A DNA stretch of 64,000 bases from Desulfomonilia bacterium (GTDB taxonomy: Bacteria; Desulfobacterota; Desulfomonilia; UBA1062). Within the stretch, counting starts at the first letter, position 1. Each line of letters opens with the position of its first letter. The notes beneath the pieces were generated by a model, which did not search any database, was not told the DNA's origin, and saw nothing but the letters and a program-made list of their open reading frames with translations. Location of the stretch: NCBI GenBank assembly GCA_963664325.2, contig CAXXDQ010000003.1, positions 320,001 to 384,000 on the forward strand, given 5' to 3'. This document shows positions 30,340 through 40,118 of this stretch, piece by piece. The position numbers and the translations under genes are program-made.

Positions 30340-31092
30340 TTGGATGACCCGAAGCTTCCCATAACAGACCATCTCTCGGAACTGAGATCAAGACTTATAA
30401 AGAGCATTCTGGCCGTAGCGGCGGGATTCGCAGTAAGCTACGGTTTCTCGGAGAAGATATTCAGATTCCTTATAAAACCGCTGGTAAAGGCTATGCCACC
30501 AGGCAGCCATCTGATTTATACAGCGCTGCCTGAAGCATTTGTAACATATCTCAAGGTATCTTTTTTTGCAGGGGTGATTCTTGCTGCCCCGGTTATTTTT
30601 TATCAGCTCTGGAAATTCGTTATGCCGGGTTTGTATGAGAAGGAACGCAGGTATGTCATGCCTTTTGTCCTCATGGCGACTTTCTTTTTCCTGCTCGGGG
30701 CTTCATTCGCCTTCTTTGTGGTGTTTCCCTTCGGTTTTAAATTCCTTCTGGGGTACGCGTCGGGTGATATATATGCAATGCCCAAGCTTAACGAATACCT
30801 GAGCTTTACGGTGACGCTGCTGCTTGCATTCGGAGCGATATTCGAACTGCCGGTTATAATCTTTTTCCTTGCGAAAATCGGCATCGTTTCCCCTCAGTTC
30901 CTGAGAAAACAGAGAAGATATGCGATCCTGGTCATCGCCATTGTGGCAGCGGTTCTCACTCCTCCTGACCCGATCAGCATGATGCTTATGATGGTGCCGC
31001 TTCTGGTGCTTTATGAATTCAGCGTATGGGTGGCGTATTTTGTCTGGAAGCCGAGAAACAAAGGGCCGCAAGAAGAGGATAAAGCTCAGTAG
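30340..31092 (+). CDS. tatC: twin-arginine translocase TatC
   Basis: DHLSELRSRL, YQLWKFVMPGLY, FELP, LTPPDPISM. Confidence 0.95.
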   Translation: MDDPKLPITDHLSELRSRLIKSILAVAAGFAVSYGFSEKIFRFLIKPLVKAMPPGSHLIYTALPEAFVTYLKVSFFAGVILAAPVIFYQLWKFVMPGLYEKERRYVMPFVLMATFFFLLGASFAFFVVFPFGFKFLLGYASGDIYAMPKLNEYLSFTVTLLLAFGAIFELPVIIFFLAKIGIVSPQFLRKQRRYAILVIAIVAAVLTPPDPISMMLMMVPLLVLYEFSVWVAYFVWKPRNKGPQEEDKAQ

Positions 31093-31757
31093 ATTTTGGG
31101 CGGCCTCGGTCCGTAAATGAGTGTTCCGATCCTGACAAGGTTTGCGCCTTCTTCGATAGCGTTAATATAAGAATCGCTCATACCCATTGAAAGCCATTTT
31201 ATATCCGTATTAGGCAGCGCAGAGACGGACAGCTCGTCAAAAAGCTTTCTGGTGAGTTTGAAACACTGCCTTAATCCCTGCGGATCATCGATAAAGGGCC
31301 CCATCGTCATGAGCCCGTTAAGCCGGATATTAGATAAGCTGCTTATGTATCCAGCCAGCTCGTGGACTTCTTCAGGCATGGCACCTGCCTTCTGCTCTTC
31401 ACGGCCGCTGTTTACCTCTATCAGGACCGGCATGATCATGCCCTGTTTTTCAGCAGCCTGGTCGATCAGGAAAGCCAGTTCCTTTGAATCAACGGTTTCA
31501 ATCATGTCGAACATCGGGACAATGTGCTTCACCTTGTTTTTCTGTACGTGGCCGATGAAATGCCAGGATGCCATATCTTTCAGTTCGCTGATAATCCCTT
31601 TCGCATCCTGCATGTAGTTTTCGCCTATCATTGTTATACCGGCTTCGATGGTTTCCCTAACTTCTTCGATGTTCCTTGATTTTGCAGCTGCAACGACCTT
31701 GACATTCTCAGGAATATTTTGAAGGATCCTTGTTATGTTTTCAGTTATATGGCCCAC
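31086..31757 (-). CDS. yggS: PLP homeostasis protein (YggS family)
   Basis: VAAAKS, GENYMQD, WHFIGHVQKNK, LSMGMS, VRIGT; probable GTG start 31757. Confidence 0.9.
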   Translation of the reverse strand: MGHITENITRILQNIPENVKVVAAAKSRNIEEVRETIEAGITMIGENYMQDAKGIISELKDMASWHFIGHVQKNKVKHIVPMFDMIETVDSKELAFLIDQAAEKQGMIMPVLIEVNSGREEQKAGAMPEEVHELAGYISSLSNIRLNGLMTMGPFIDDPQGLRQCFKLTRKLFDELSVSALPNTDIKWLSMGMSDSYINAIEEGANLVRIGTLIYGPRPPKIY

Positions 31758-31810
31758 ATAAAACCCCTGTTTAGGATTTATCAACCTTGGCCATAATAGC
31801 ATCTTTTTCT

Positions 31811-31839
31811 TTGACAAAAAATGACCAATACGATACTTT
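31811..31839 (+). promoter_or_regulatory. sigma70-type promoter for the GMC cluster
   Basis: TTGACA-N17-TACTTT. Confidence 0.45.
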
Positions 31840-31952
31840 TCAGATACATTGATATGTTAATAATTTTAATGATATAGGGCTGTCTTCCTGGTTTTTATCG
31901 CTGCATATGCCTTATATCCTTCCAAGAAAATAAGCAGATACATGAGGGAGTT

Positions 31953-32423
31953 ATGGTTGGATTTAAAATGGATGAACTGATGGTTGGGACTCATACATTT
32001 TCAAACGGGTCTTTTGCCGGCAGGGAACTGCCGCTCAATTTTTCCCTGACATGGGGCAGCGGCAGTCTGCTCGGATTCCTGAATCCGTGGTCGGATGAAT
32101 TTCTGAGAAGTGAAGCCAGAGGTTTTATTACGGTGGGAGGTCTGGTGAACAAGGCCGACTGCATTGGATCTCTGAAGCTCATGTATTTTTCAGGTCGTAA
32201 GATTCGCTATGAGCTTGATTTCAAAGGTGACGACGGCAGGGCATACAGGTATGTTGGAGAAAAGGTGAATATCTGGCCCTGGAACCTTCACAAAACTCAT
32301 GTCACCTGCTATGGAACGATAACGGATGCCACGACGGAAAAAATCATATCCAGTTCGGTAGTTTATTTCCCGTTGAGGGAGATGCTTGATTTCCTCAAGT
32401 CGGCCAGGCTGGTCATATCATGA
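31953..32423 (+). CDS. hypothetical beta-rich protein resembling the accessory domain associated with GMC/cholesterol oxidases
   Basis: GF.M.E.M.G...IRYELDF..DDG..Y.Y.GEK...FLKS.RL pattern; first gene of the GMC operon. Confidence 0.5.
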   Translation: MVGFKMDELMVGTHTFSNGSFAGRELPLNFSLTWGSGSLLGFLNPWSDEFLRSEARGFITVGGLVNKADCIGSLKLMYFSGRKIRYELDFKGDDGRAYRYVGEKVNIWPWNLHKTHVTCYGTITDATTEKIISSSVVYFPLREMLDFLKSARLVIS

Positions 32424-32451
32424 TTAAAGTGAATATATCCCGGAGTGTGGA

Positions 32452-32889
32452 ATGCCATATAAAATTTTAAGTAAAAAGGATGCAAAGATTATTGCCGCAA
32501 TGGCAGGCGGGGTAATTCCCAGGGGCGGGTCAAGCTTTGAACTGGGAGCTGCCGACATTGAAGAGAAGTGGCTTCCCAGGACAGATTATATACTTTCAAG
32601 GATGTCTTTGATAACCCGGTTCACACTTAGAATGACGGCGCATGTGCTCAATTATGCCTGGCCGGTCATTTATATGAAGAAATTTAAACAGCTTGTCAAT
32701 ATGGACGAACAGGAGAGGACGGAGCTTTTGCACCTGATTGAGAATTCCCCATTCCCCGGACCGATCTCGCTATTGGTTATAAAAGTCCTGGTGTTCCCGG
32801 CCTTCTATGGTGTTCAGGAAGTCAAGGATGCAATAGGGTACAGGGAAAATTTCGATCACAGGCAGCATTTTGAAGGTATTAAGGATTAG
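32452..32889 (+). CDS. gluconate-2-dehydrogenase subunit 3-like small GMC partner
   Basis: IPRGG...GAAD, ERTELL, FY...V..AIGY; directly upstream of a GMC gene. Confidence 0.55.
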   Translation: MPYKILSKKDAKIIAAMAGGVIPRGGSSFELGAADIEEKWLPRTDYILSRMSLITRFTLRMTAHVLNYAWPVIYMKKFKQLVNMDEQERTELLHLIENSPFPGPISLLVIKVLVFPAFYGVQEVKDAIGYRENFDHRQHFEGIKD

Positions 32890-32898
32890 AGGCGGGAC

Positions 32899-34425
32899 AT
32901 GATAAGGGAGAATGAGGATATAAAAGGCCATGTGAATATCGAGGCCGATATATGCGTTATCGGGACAGGAGCAGGCGGAGCGGTTGTGGCAAAGGAGCTT
33001 GCTGAAAAAGGACTTAAAGTAGTGGCGCTCGAGGAGGGCAGCTGGTTTACCAGTAAAAATTTCAACCAGGACCCTGGCGACATGACGGGAATGATGTACC
33101 GTGAGGGCGGGGCAACGATGGCTCTTGGACTGCCGCCGGTATCGATTACACTGGGCAAGGCCGTCGGCGGCACGACAATCGTTAATTCCGCGACATGCTT
33201 CAGGACACCGCGCCATGTTGTTGAAAAATGGGCCGCGGAGTATGACTGTGCTGGCCTTGATTATGATGCGCTTACGGGATATTTTGACAGGGTTGAAAAA
33301 GAGATTAATGTCACGGAACTGACCGAGGACATACTCGGCAATGTCTACCAGATTGTCAAACGCGGGGCAAAAGCCCTTGGTCTTGAGGCCAAACCACTTA
33401 AACACAACGTCAAGGACTGCAAAGGGACGGGAAGCTGCCAATGGGGTTGCGTCGAAGACGCCAAGCAGTCAATGGACATCTCATATATTCCCAGGGCCGT
33501 CACTGCAGGTGCTGATATATATGCCAACTGCAGGGCGACAAAGATCAATTTTGAAAACGGGCGTGTTACCGGAGTCGAAGGGCTTATCATTGACCCTTCG
33601 ACAAACCGCAGGCGCTACAGGATGAAGGTAAAGGCAAATATCGTCTGTCTTGCCATGGGTTCTTTGATAACGCCGGCCTTCATGCTGAAAAACAGGCTTG
33701 CCAACACTTCGGGTCTGGTGGGCAAGGGTTTGACGATCCATCCCTGCGGCCGGATTGTGGCGGAGATGGAAGAGGAGGTAAACGGACATTACGGCGTTTC
33801 CCAGGGGGGACAGATAGATGCCTTCAAGGATGAAGGCATAATGCTTGAAGGGATATTCGTTCCTCCTGCGGTTATGTTAATGGCTCTACCCGGGGTCGGG
33901 GAAGAGCACAAGTACCTGGCAAAACATTATAAAAACCTTGCGGCATTCGGTGTCTTGATATGCGATTCCACAAGGGGCTATGTGAAGCCGGGCAATTTCG
34001 GCTATCCCTTTCACGCGTTTTATTCAATGAACCAGGAGGATACGGAGAAGCTTCACAGAGGACTGGTGATAACTGCTGAGCTGTTCCTTGCCGCCGGCGC
34101 AAAAAGGGTTTTTACCGGCTGTATCACTATGCCGGTCGTCAACAATAAAGAGGAGCTGCTCCGCTTTAAAAATCTTAAGGTCAAGCCCTGGCATTTCGAG
34201 GTTATGGCATTCCATCCGCTTGGTACCTGCCGTATGGGCAATGACCCTAGAAAATCGGTAATCGATATCAATCTGGAAACACATGATATAAAAGGGCTGT
34301 TCATTCCGGATGGAAGCCCGTTTCCTACCTCGCTTGGCGTCAATCCGCAGGTTACCATAATGGCGTTTGCAGCGAGGTGTGCAGATTACATTTCAGCGAA
34401 TATAAACAAATATAAGGGGATATGA
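32899..34425 (+). CDS. GMC family FAD oxidoreductase (long-chain alcohol oxidase-like)
   Basis: IGTGAGG, VGGTTIVN, CKGTGSCQWGC, HPLGTCRMG, GVNPQVTI. Confidence 0.85.
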   Translation: MIRENEDIKGHVNIEADICVIGTGAGGAVVAKELAEKGLKVVALEEGSWFTSKNFNQDPGDMTGMMYREGGATMALGLPPVSITLGKAVGGTTIVNSATCFRTPRHVVEKWAAEYDCAGLDYDALTGYFDRVEKEINVTELTEDILGNVYQIVKRGAKALGLEAKPLKHNVKDCKGTGSCQWGCVEDAKQSMDISYIPRAVTAGADIYANCRATKINFENGRVTGVEGLIIDPSTNRRRYRMKVKANIVCLAMGSLITPAFMLKNRLANTSGLVGKGLTIHPCGRIVAEMEEEVNGHYGVSQGGQIDAFKDEGIMLEGIFVPPAVMLMALPGVGEEHKYLAKHYKNLAAFGVLICDSTRGYVKPGNFGYPFHAFYSMNQEDTEKLHRGLVITAELFLAAGAKRVFTGCITMPVVNNKEELLRFKNLKVKPWHFEVMAFHPLGTCRMGNDPRKSVIDINLETHDIKGLFIPDGSPFPTSLGVNPQVTIMAFAARCADYISANINKYKGI

Positions 34426-34426
34426 A

Positions 34427-35107
34427 ATGAAAAGTATAGTTGCCGTTCTGATAAGTATTGTTTTTTTTCTGCCTGGTAATGTTTGCGCTCAGGAAAAGTT
34501 AAACCTGAAAATGGACAAGGCAAAACTGGAAGCGGGAAAGCTCCAGACATTTACCGTTGAGATGAAGGTCGAAGGCAAGGGCAAGAAAAAAAGAGGCATC
34601 GGCGTGCTCCTGATAAATGCCACGCCTGAAAAAACATGGAAATATCTTTGCGACTGGAGTTCCATGGGCGAGTATGTACCCGGGCTGGAATATTATAAAA
34701 CAGTAAAGATGATAAAACCTGTCGAGGCAGGGGAAATAGGGGAAGTCCTTATGGAAGGCAAGCTTAAATTCCCTCTGCTGACGGTGATATACACCCTCGA
34801 TGTGAAAATCGACGGGAAGAATTTCAGGCAGGACTGGAGCCTGGCCTCACAGAGCCAGGTGGATGAATATCAAAAGCAGGGAATAAAGATAATCCGCTCT
34901 ACCAGCGGGCTCAAGAATGTTGAAGGTTTCGAATATATAGAACCTTATGATAGCGGCAGAAAGACCGTGTATTATTATGCACCGATTGTTGAAACATCTG
35001 TTCCCGTTCCGGCGTTTGCAGAAAGATTCATGACGAACAGTACTCTTCCGGGTTATATGGAGGGTGTCAAGAAGCGTGTTGAGTCAAACGGGACTTATAA
35101 AAAATAG
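34427..35107 (+). CDS. secreted SRPBCC/START-like protein
   Basis: signal peptide (..NVCA), INATPEKTWKYL.DW....EYVPGL pattern. Confidence 0.6.
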   Translation: MKSIVAVLISIVFFLPGNVCAQEKLNLKMDKAKLEAGKLQTFTVEMKVEGKGKKKRGIGVLLINATPEKTWKYLCDWSSMGEYVPGLEYYKTVKMIKPVEAGEIGEVLMEGKLKFPLLTVIYTLDVKIDGKNFRQDWSLASQSQVDEYQKQGIKIIRSTSGLKNVEGFEYIEPYDSGRKTVYYYAPIVETSVPVPAFAERFMTNSTLPGYMEGVKKRVESNGTYKK

Positions 35108-35140
35108 AAAAGACTCCTTCAGGCAGTCTTTCTATCTTTC
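35105..35140 (+). terminator. probable intrinsic terminator
   Basis: TAGAAAAGACT-ccttcaggc-AGTCTTTCTA hairpin followed by a T-rich tract. Confidence 0.45.
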
Positions 35141-35174
35141 TGTATGAGCATTACTTTTTAAAGGGGGTACAATT

Positions 35175-35990
35175 ATGGAAACAGGGGCTGTCAGGTCAAA
35201 AGGAATTCTTATAGCAGTCATAATAGTGATATTGATAATCCTCTTTGCAGCAAGGCCGGTCGTGGTGATTCCGGCCGGATATGTCGGAGTAAAGGACTTT
35301 TTCGGTTATGTATCGAGCGATACGCTTTCTCCCGGCATAAGGCTGATCGTGCCTTTCACGAAAGTTATCAAGATGTCCACGAGGTCTCTGACCATAATGG
35401 AAGAGGCCGACACCCCATCCCGTGAAGGGCTTATCATAAATCTGGATGTCTCTCTCATCTACAGGATAGATCCAGCCAAGGCCGTGAATATTTATAAAAC
35501 AGTCGGCAAAAGCTATCAGGAGATTATAGTCGAGCCCCAGCTGCGTTCCGCTATAAGGGAGATAACGGCATCCTATGACGCTAAGACCCTATATTCGGCG
35601 GAAAGGGACAAGCTGGCGGGAGAGGTCAAAGAGCTGTATGCAAAGATAACGAAAGACCGCGGCATAATAACCGAGCAGGTGCTGCTCAGGAAGATAGGCC
35701 TCCCGACAGTTGTGGCAAACGCAATCCAGGAAAAACTCAAGCGCGAGCAGGAAGCCGAGCAGATGAAGTTCGTACTCCAGAAGGAGCAGCAGGAGGCCGA
35801 GCGCAAGCGCATAGAGGCGCAGGGCATTGCAGACTTTCAGAAAATCGTCGCCCAGGGCATAAGCCCGCAGCTGCTTGAATGGAAGGGGATCGAGGCTACC
35901 GAGAAGATTGCCAACAGCCAGAATACGAAAGTCGTCATCATCGGGAATTCGAAGACAGGGCTGCCCATAATATTAGGAAGTGATAAATAG
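35175..35990 (+). CDS. prohibitin/SPFH family membrane protein
   Basis: N-terminal TM, IPAGYVGV, LRSAIRE, QEAERKRIEAQG. Confidence 0.88.
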   Translation: METGAVRSKGILIAVIIVILIILFAARPVVVIPAGYVGVKDFFGYVSSDTLSPGIRLIVPFTKVIKMSTRSLTIMEEADTPSREGLIINLDVSLIYRIDPAKAVNIYKTVGKSYQEIIVEPQLRSAIREITASYDAKTLYSAERDKLAGEVKELYAKITKDRGIITEQVLLRKIGLPTVVANAIQEKLKREQEAEQMKFVLQKEQQEAERKRIEAQGIADFQKIVAQGISPQLLEWKGIEATEKIANSQNTKVVIIGNSKTGLPIILGSDK

Positions 35991-36097
35991 AATAAGTAAG
36001 CCCATGTCGAAACCTGTCAGCACAGTTTAATCTGTAACGGGCCATTACAGCCCGGGCGGTTAATTTAAAAATAATACTTCAGATCAGTAAAAAACCT

Positions 36098-36114
36098 GGT
36101 GATAAAATATCACC
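36098..36114. promoter_or_regulatory. palindromic operator candidate upstream of the cholesterol-oxidase-like gene
   Basis: GGTGATA-AAA-TATCACC perfect 7-bp inverted repeat. Confidence 0.4.
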
Positions 36115-36205
36115 GCCATGAATGAATGGCATGATATTTCCAATATGGAATTAAAATAAAACGTGTGATATCAAATATGGGATTTGATGACTGTGGAGGT
36201 ATGGT

Positions 36206-37801
36206 ATGGACTTTGATTTTGCTGTTATAGGGAGCGGTTTCGGTGGAAGCGTGTCAGCCCTCAGGCTTGCTGAAAAAGGATACAGGGTTGTTGTGCTTGA
36301 AAAGGGCAAATGTGTAACGCCGGCTGATATGGAGGAGGCCTCCAAAAGCCTTAACAAGCTCATGTGGAATCCCATGTTCGGCATGAAGGGTTTTTTCACC
36401 TATGATTTTTTCAGACATGTCGCAATTGTGGGCGGTGTGGGGGTTGGCGGAGGAAGCCTCGTGTATGCTGCGACCACGTTAAGGCCGAAGGATGCATTTT
36501 ATAAAGATCCCTCCTGGAGCAGGCTGGGGATTGACTGGGACAAGGAGTTGAAGCCGCATTATGATATGGCGTCAAAGATGCTCGGTGTGGTGACGAATCC
36601 GAGTCTGGATGTCATGGATGATTACCTTAAAGAGACCGCAACGAGAATGGGGGCCGGTGATACGTTCGGCCCTACTGAAACCGGCATATATTTCGGGTCA
36701 CCCGAAGAGGTTGCAGATGACCCCTTTTTCAATGGAAAGGGGCCTTCCCGCACCGGATGCTATCTGTGCGGTGAGTGTCTTACCGGGTGCAAGCATGGCT
36801 CCAAAAACTCTCTTGATAAAAATTATCTCTACCTGGCCCGGAAACTCGGGGCCACGATATTGCCTTACCGGGAAGTGACAAATATAATTCCTCAGCCTGA
36901 CGGCACATATATCCTGAAAGTGAAAGACACCTCGGGCAGGTTCAGAAAGGCCCCCGATGTCAAGGCCGGTAAGGTTGTTGTAGCGGCGGGAGTTCTGGGT
37001 ACTCTCAAGCTTCTCTTCAGATGCAGGGATATTTCAAAGACTCTGCCGGGTCTCTCGGATCAGCTGGGTGTTGTCGTGAGGACAAACAGCGAGTCAATCG
37101 TAGGGGTTCTGCCGAGTGATGAGAACCTCGATCTTTCGCACGGTACAACGATATCGTCGGATTTTTATCCCGACAAATACACGCATATTACACAGAACCG
37201 GTTCCCTGAAGGATACAACTTCATGAAATATTTCAGCGTGCCCCTTGTAGACAATTCCAATCCGGTAATAAGGGCGCTTTTTACCCTTGGCAAGATGTTC
37301 ATTGATCCCGCCGGCCTTTACAGAAGGCTTTTTGCAAAGAACTGGACTAAACGGATCATCGTGCTCACTGTAATGCAGAACCATGACAATCAGCTTTCAT
37401 TCAAGTACGGACCCAGCGCCGTATTCTGTTTTATAAAAAGCCGCCTCAAGTCCAACAGGGTCAAAGGGAAAGAGGCCCCCGTCAACATTCCTGTGGCCAA
37501 TAAGGCCTGCGCCGTCCTTGCGGAAGTGGCGGACGGGATGCCGACCAATGTCAGCAATGAAAGCCTGATCAATATGTCTACGACCGCGCATATACTGGGC
37601 GGATGCCACATGGGGTCATCCCGTGAAAACGGGGTTATTGATTCATCTCATCAGGTCTTCGGCTATCCGGGGCTCTATGTAACCGACGGAGCGGCGGTTT
37701 CCGCCAATGTCGGTGTCAATCCGGCCCTGACTATAACAGCCCTTGCGGAAAGGGCCATGAGCCTCATACCGGACAAAAAGTCCGCCCTGAAAGACTTTTA
37801 A
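36206..37801 (+). CDS. ChoD-like GMC oxidoreductase (cholesterol oxidase family)
   Basis: IGSGFGGSVSALRL, GVGGGSLVYA, CYLCGECLTGC, RTNSE, TTAHILGGC, GVNPALTI. Confidence 0.85.
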   Translation: MDFDFAVIGSGFGGSVSALRLAEKGYRVVVLEKGKCVTPADMEEASKSLNKLMWNPMFGMKGFFTYDFFRHVAIVGGVGVGGGSLVYAATTLRPKDAFYKDPSWSRLGIDWDKELKPHYDMASKMLGVVTNPSLDVMDDYLKETATRMGAGDTFGPTETGIYFGSPEEVADDPFFNGKGPSRTGCYLCGECLTGCKHGSKNSLDKNYLYLARKLGATILPYREVTNIIPQPDGTYILKVKDTSGRFRKAPDVKAGKVVVAAGVLGTLKLLFRCRDISKTLPGLSDQLGVVVRTNSESIVGVLPSDENLDLSHGTTISSDFYPDKYTHITQNRFPEGYNFMKYFSVPLVDNSNPVIRALFTLGKMFIDPAGLYRRLFAKNWTKRIIVLTVMQNHDNQLSFKYGPSAVFCFIKSRLKSNRVKGKEAPVNIPVANKACAVLAEVADGMPTNVSNESLINMSTTAHILGGCHMGSSRENGVIDSSHQVFGYPGLYVTDGAAVSANVGVNPALTITALAERAMSLIPDKKSALKDF

Positions 37802-37838
37802 AGAAGAATAAAGGGTATCTCTAAAAAAAAGAGGAGGG

Positions 37839-40025
37839 CTATACTGCCTCAAGCCTTATGAGCGCGCTGCCATAGTCGCCCAGGAAGATGGGCGAGCTGA
37901 GGCCCGCATTCATAAGGGTGTCGCCCTTATATAAAGTGTTGAATACAGCCACCTTGTAGGTTCTTTCAGGGTCCAGTCCGGCAAGTTTCAATGTTCTGAA
38001 AGGCTCCTGCGCTTCAGCAAGCACCCTGAAAAAGAACAGGGCTGCCCTTGATTTATCCGGGCTCACAAAAAGCCAGGCAGTGGAATTGCCTTCAAACGGG
38101 CTTTTAAGCCGGTACATCCTTCCGAACTGCACAACATCGCGCACCTCGTTCTTGTACAGCTCGATATGCGTCTTCAGCATGTCCGTCTCCTGCTGCGACA
38201 GTTTTGAGAGGTTCAGTTCGAGCCCGAAATTTCCGGCCATGGCCGTGTGGATGCGCGCGATAAGAGGTGTGGCGCGGTGAACCTGATGGTTGGGTATGGC
38301 GGAAACATGGGCGCCCATTGAAACAGCAGGGTAAACAATGCTGGTGCCGTGCTGGATCTTCAGGCGTTCGACCGCATCGGTGTCGTCGCTTGTCCATGTC
38401 TGCGGCATGTAGTGAAGCATGCCCGGGTCGAATCTGCCTCCGCCTCCCGAGCAGCTCTCGAAGAGTATTTCAGGGAAATCCGAAGTGATCTTTTCCAGTA
38501 CGCCGTACAGACCCAGCATATAGCGGTGGAACGTCTCCTGCCTTCTCTCTGAAGGCAGCGATACGGATGCCACCTCCTGCATGCTCCTGTTCATGTCCCA
38601 TTTGACATATGCTATCGGCGCGCTCTTAAGGACTGCGCTTACGCTCTCAATTATGTAATCGCAGACTTCCGGTCTGGACAGGTCCAGCACAAGCTGGTTC
38701 CTTGAATCGGTCCGCCTCCTGCCTTCGACATGGATGCACCAGTCGGGATGCGCCCGGTATAAATCGCTGTCTTTTGAGATCATCTCCGGTTCGAACCAGA
38801 GCCCGAATCTCATGCCCAGTGCGTTCACCTTTTCGGCCATACCCTTTATACCGCCGGGCAGTTTCTCCGTGTTTACGACCCAGTCGCCGAGCGAGCAGTT
38901 GTCATCGTTGCGAACGCCGAACCAGCCGTCATCCAGCACGAACAGCTCAACGCCGATCTCTGAAGCGGCTTTTGCAATTTCAAGGAGTTTCTCCTCGTTG
39001 AAATCAAAATAGGTGGCCTCCCAGTTGTTTATGAGTACCGGCCGGGGATTATCCCTGTGTATGCCTCTTGCCAGGTTGCTTCTGTAAAGCCTGTGATATG
39101 TATCGGACATGCCGGAAAGCCCGCTGCCCGAATAGACCAGTACGGTCTCCGGCGTCTGGAAGGTTTCGCCGGGCTTGAGCAGCCATGAGAAGGAGTACGG
39201 GTTAATGCCGATGGCCGCCCTCGTGGTCGAGAACTGGTCGACCTCGGCCGAGGCCAGGAAATTGCCCGAATAGATGAGGGAGAACCCGTAAGCCTCGCCG
39301 GAGAATTCTGTGCATCCTTTGCTGATGAGTGCCATGAAGGGGTTCTGCTGATGGCTGGAGGCGCCGCGCCTGCTTTCTATGGACTGGGTGCCTGGGACAA
39401 GAGGCCTTGCTACGATATGCCTTTCACGCGCCCATGCGCCCGAGAGCTGGAGCATATCATAATCGGAATCGGGAAAATCAACATTTGCACTCATGGCGTT
39501 TAATATTTTTATCTTTTTTTCAGAGCAGTTTTTAAATTTCACCGAACGCGCTATGGCGTCAAAATTCCTGAATGCGGTATATGAAAGCTCTACCGTGAGC
39601 CCTATAAGCTCATCCTTCATTTCAACGACAAGCGTGTCAGCCTCGTACAACAGTTCGACATATGTTGACGGAAGGCCGTTAATGGCAGGTTTGCCGGTGA
39701 TGATTTTGTAATCCGAATATTTCAGCTCGGCAAGCCTTGCCCCGTCTTCGGTCTCGATGGAAAATGCGGGCTGCCTGAAATCTCCGGTTCCTGATGACGG
39801 GTATTCAAACGGCAGGATATCCAGGGATACGCCGAGTTCATCCGGGTGCGTATCAGGAGAAAAAGCCCTCATGGCCGGCCTTAAGAGATAAGAGCAGTCC
39901 GGGTCGCTTAATTCTCTGCCCCAGTAAAGATGCAGAAGCTCGCCGTATGCCGCTTTCATGACATAACTCGTTTTCCCGGCCCTTAGATGGAATATCTTCT
40001 TGTTTTCATCGAACTGGATTTGCAT
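37839..40025 (-). CDS. GH36 alpha-galactosidase
   Basis: INNWEATYFDF, FVLDDGWFG, FGLWFEPEM, YVKWDMNR, CSGGGGRFD, WTSDDTD. Confidence 0.93.
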   Translation of the reverse strand: MQIQFDENKKIFHLRAGKTSYVMKAAYGELLHLYWGRELSDPDCSYLLRPAMRAFSPDTHPDELGVSLDILPFEYPSSGTGDFRQPAFSIETEDGARLAELKYSDYKIITGKPAINGLPSTYVELLYEADTLVVEMKDELIGLTVELSYTAFRNFDAIARSVKFKNCSEKKIKILNAMSANVDFPDSDYDMLQLSGAWARERHIVARPLVPGTQSIESRRGASSHQQNPFMALISKGCTEFSGEAYGFSLIYSGNFLASAEVDQFSTTRAAIGINPYSFSWLLKPGETFQTPETVLVYSGSGLSGMSDTYHRLYRSNLARGIHRDNPRPVLINNWEATYFDFNEEKLLEIAKAASEIGVELFVLDDGWFGVRNDDNCSLGDWVVNTEKLPGGIKGMAEKVNALGMRFGLWFEPEMISKDSDLYRAHPDWCIHVEGRRRTDSRNQLVLDLSRPEVCDYIIESVSAVLKSAPIAYVKWDMNRSMQEVASVSLPSERRQETFHRYMLGLYGVLEKITSDFPEILFESCSGGGGRFDPGMLHYMPQTWTSDDTDAVERLKIQHGTSIVYPAVSMGAHVSAIPNHQVHRATPLIARIHTAMAGNFGLELNLSKLSQQETDMLKTHIELYKNEVRDVVQFGRMYRLKSPFEGNSTAWLFVSPDKSRAALFFFRVLAEAQEPFRTLKLAGLDPERTYKVAVFNTLYKGDTLMNAGLSSPIFLGDYGSALIRLEAV

Positions 40026-40043
40026 GATGTCTCCTCGAAAAAA

Positions 40044-40111
40044 TGGTGAGTTATGAGTGGTGAGTTTTTAAGGAAGGCTTTTTCTATTTTTTACTCACCA
40101 CTGACCACTCA
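40044..40111. repeat. heptamer-repeat inverted element (TGGTGAG units) between MFS and GH36
   Basis: TGGTGAG-TTATGAG-TGGTGAG-T ... A-CTCACCA-CTGACCA-CTCA. Confidence 0.6.
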
Positions 40112-40118
40112 GGACTGG

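Noticed and set aside
36108-36118. TATCACCGCCA matches a lambda operator half-site
   Set aside because: No second half-site and no phage genes; likely chance
40044-40111. CRISPR-like repeats
   Set aside because: 7-nt units forming a hairpin, with no spacers or cas genes
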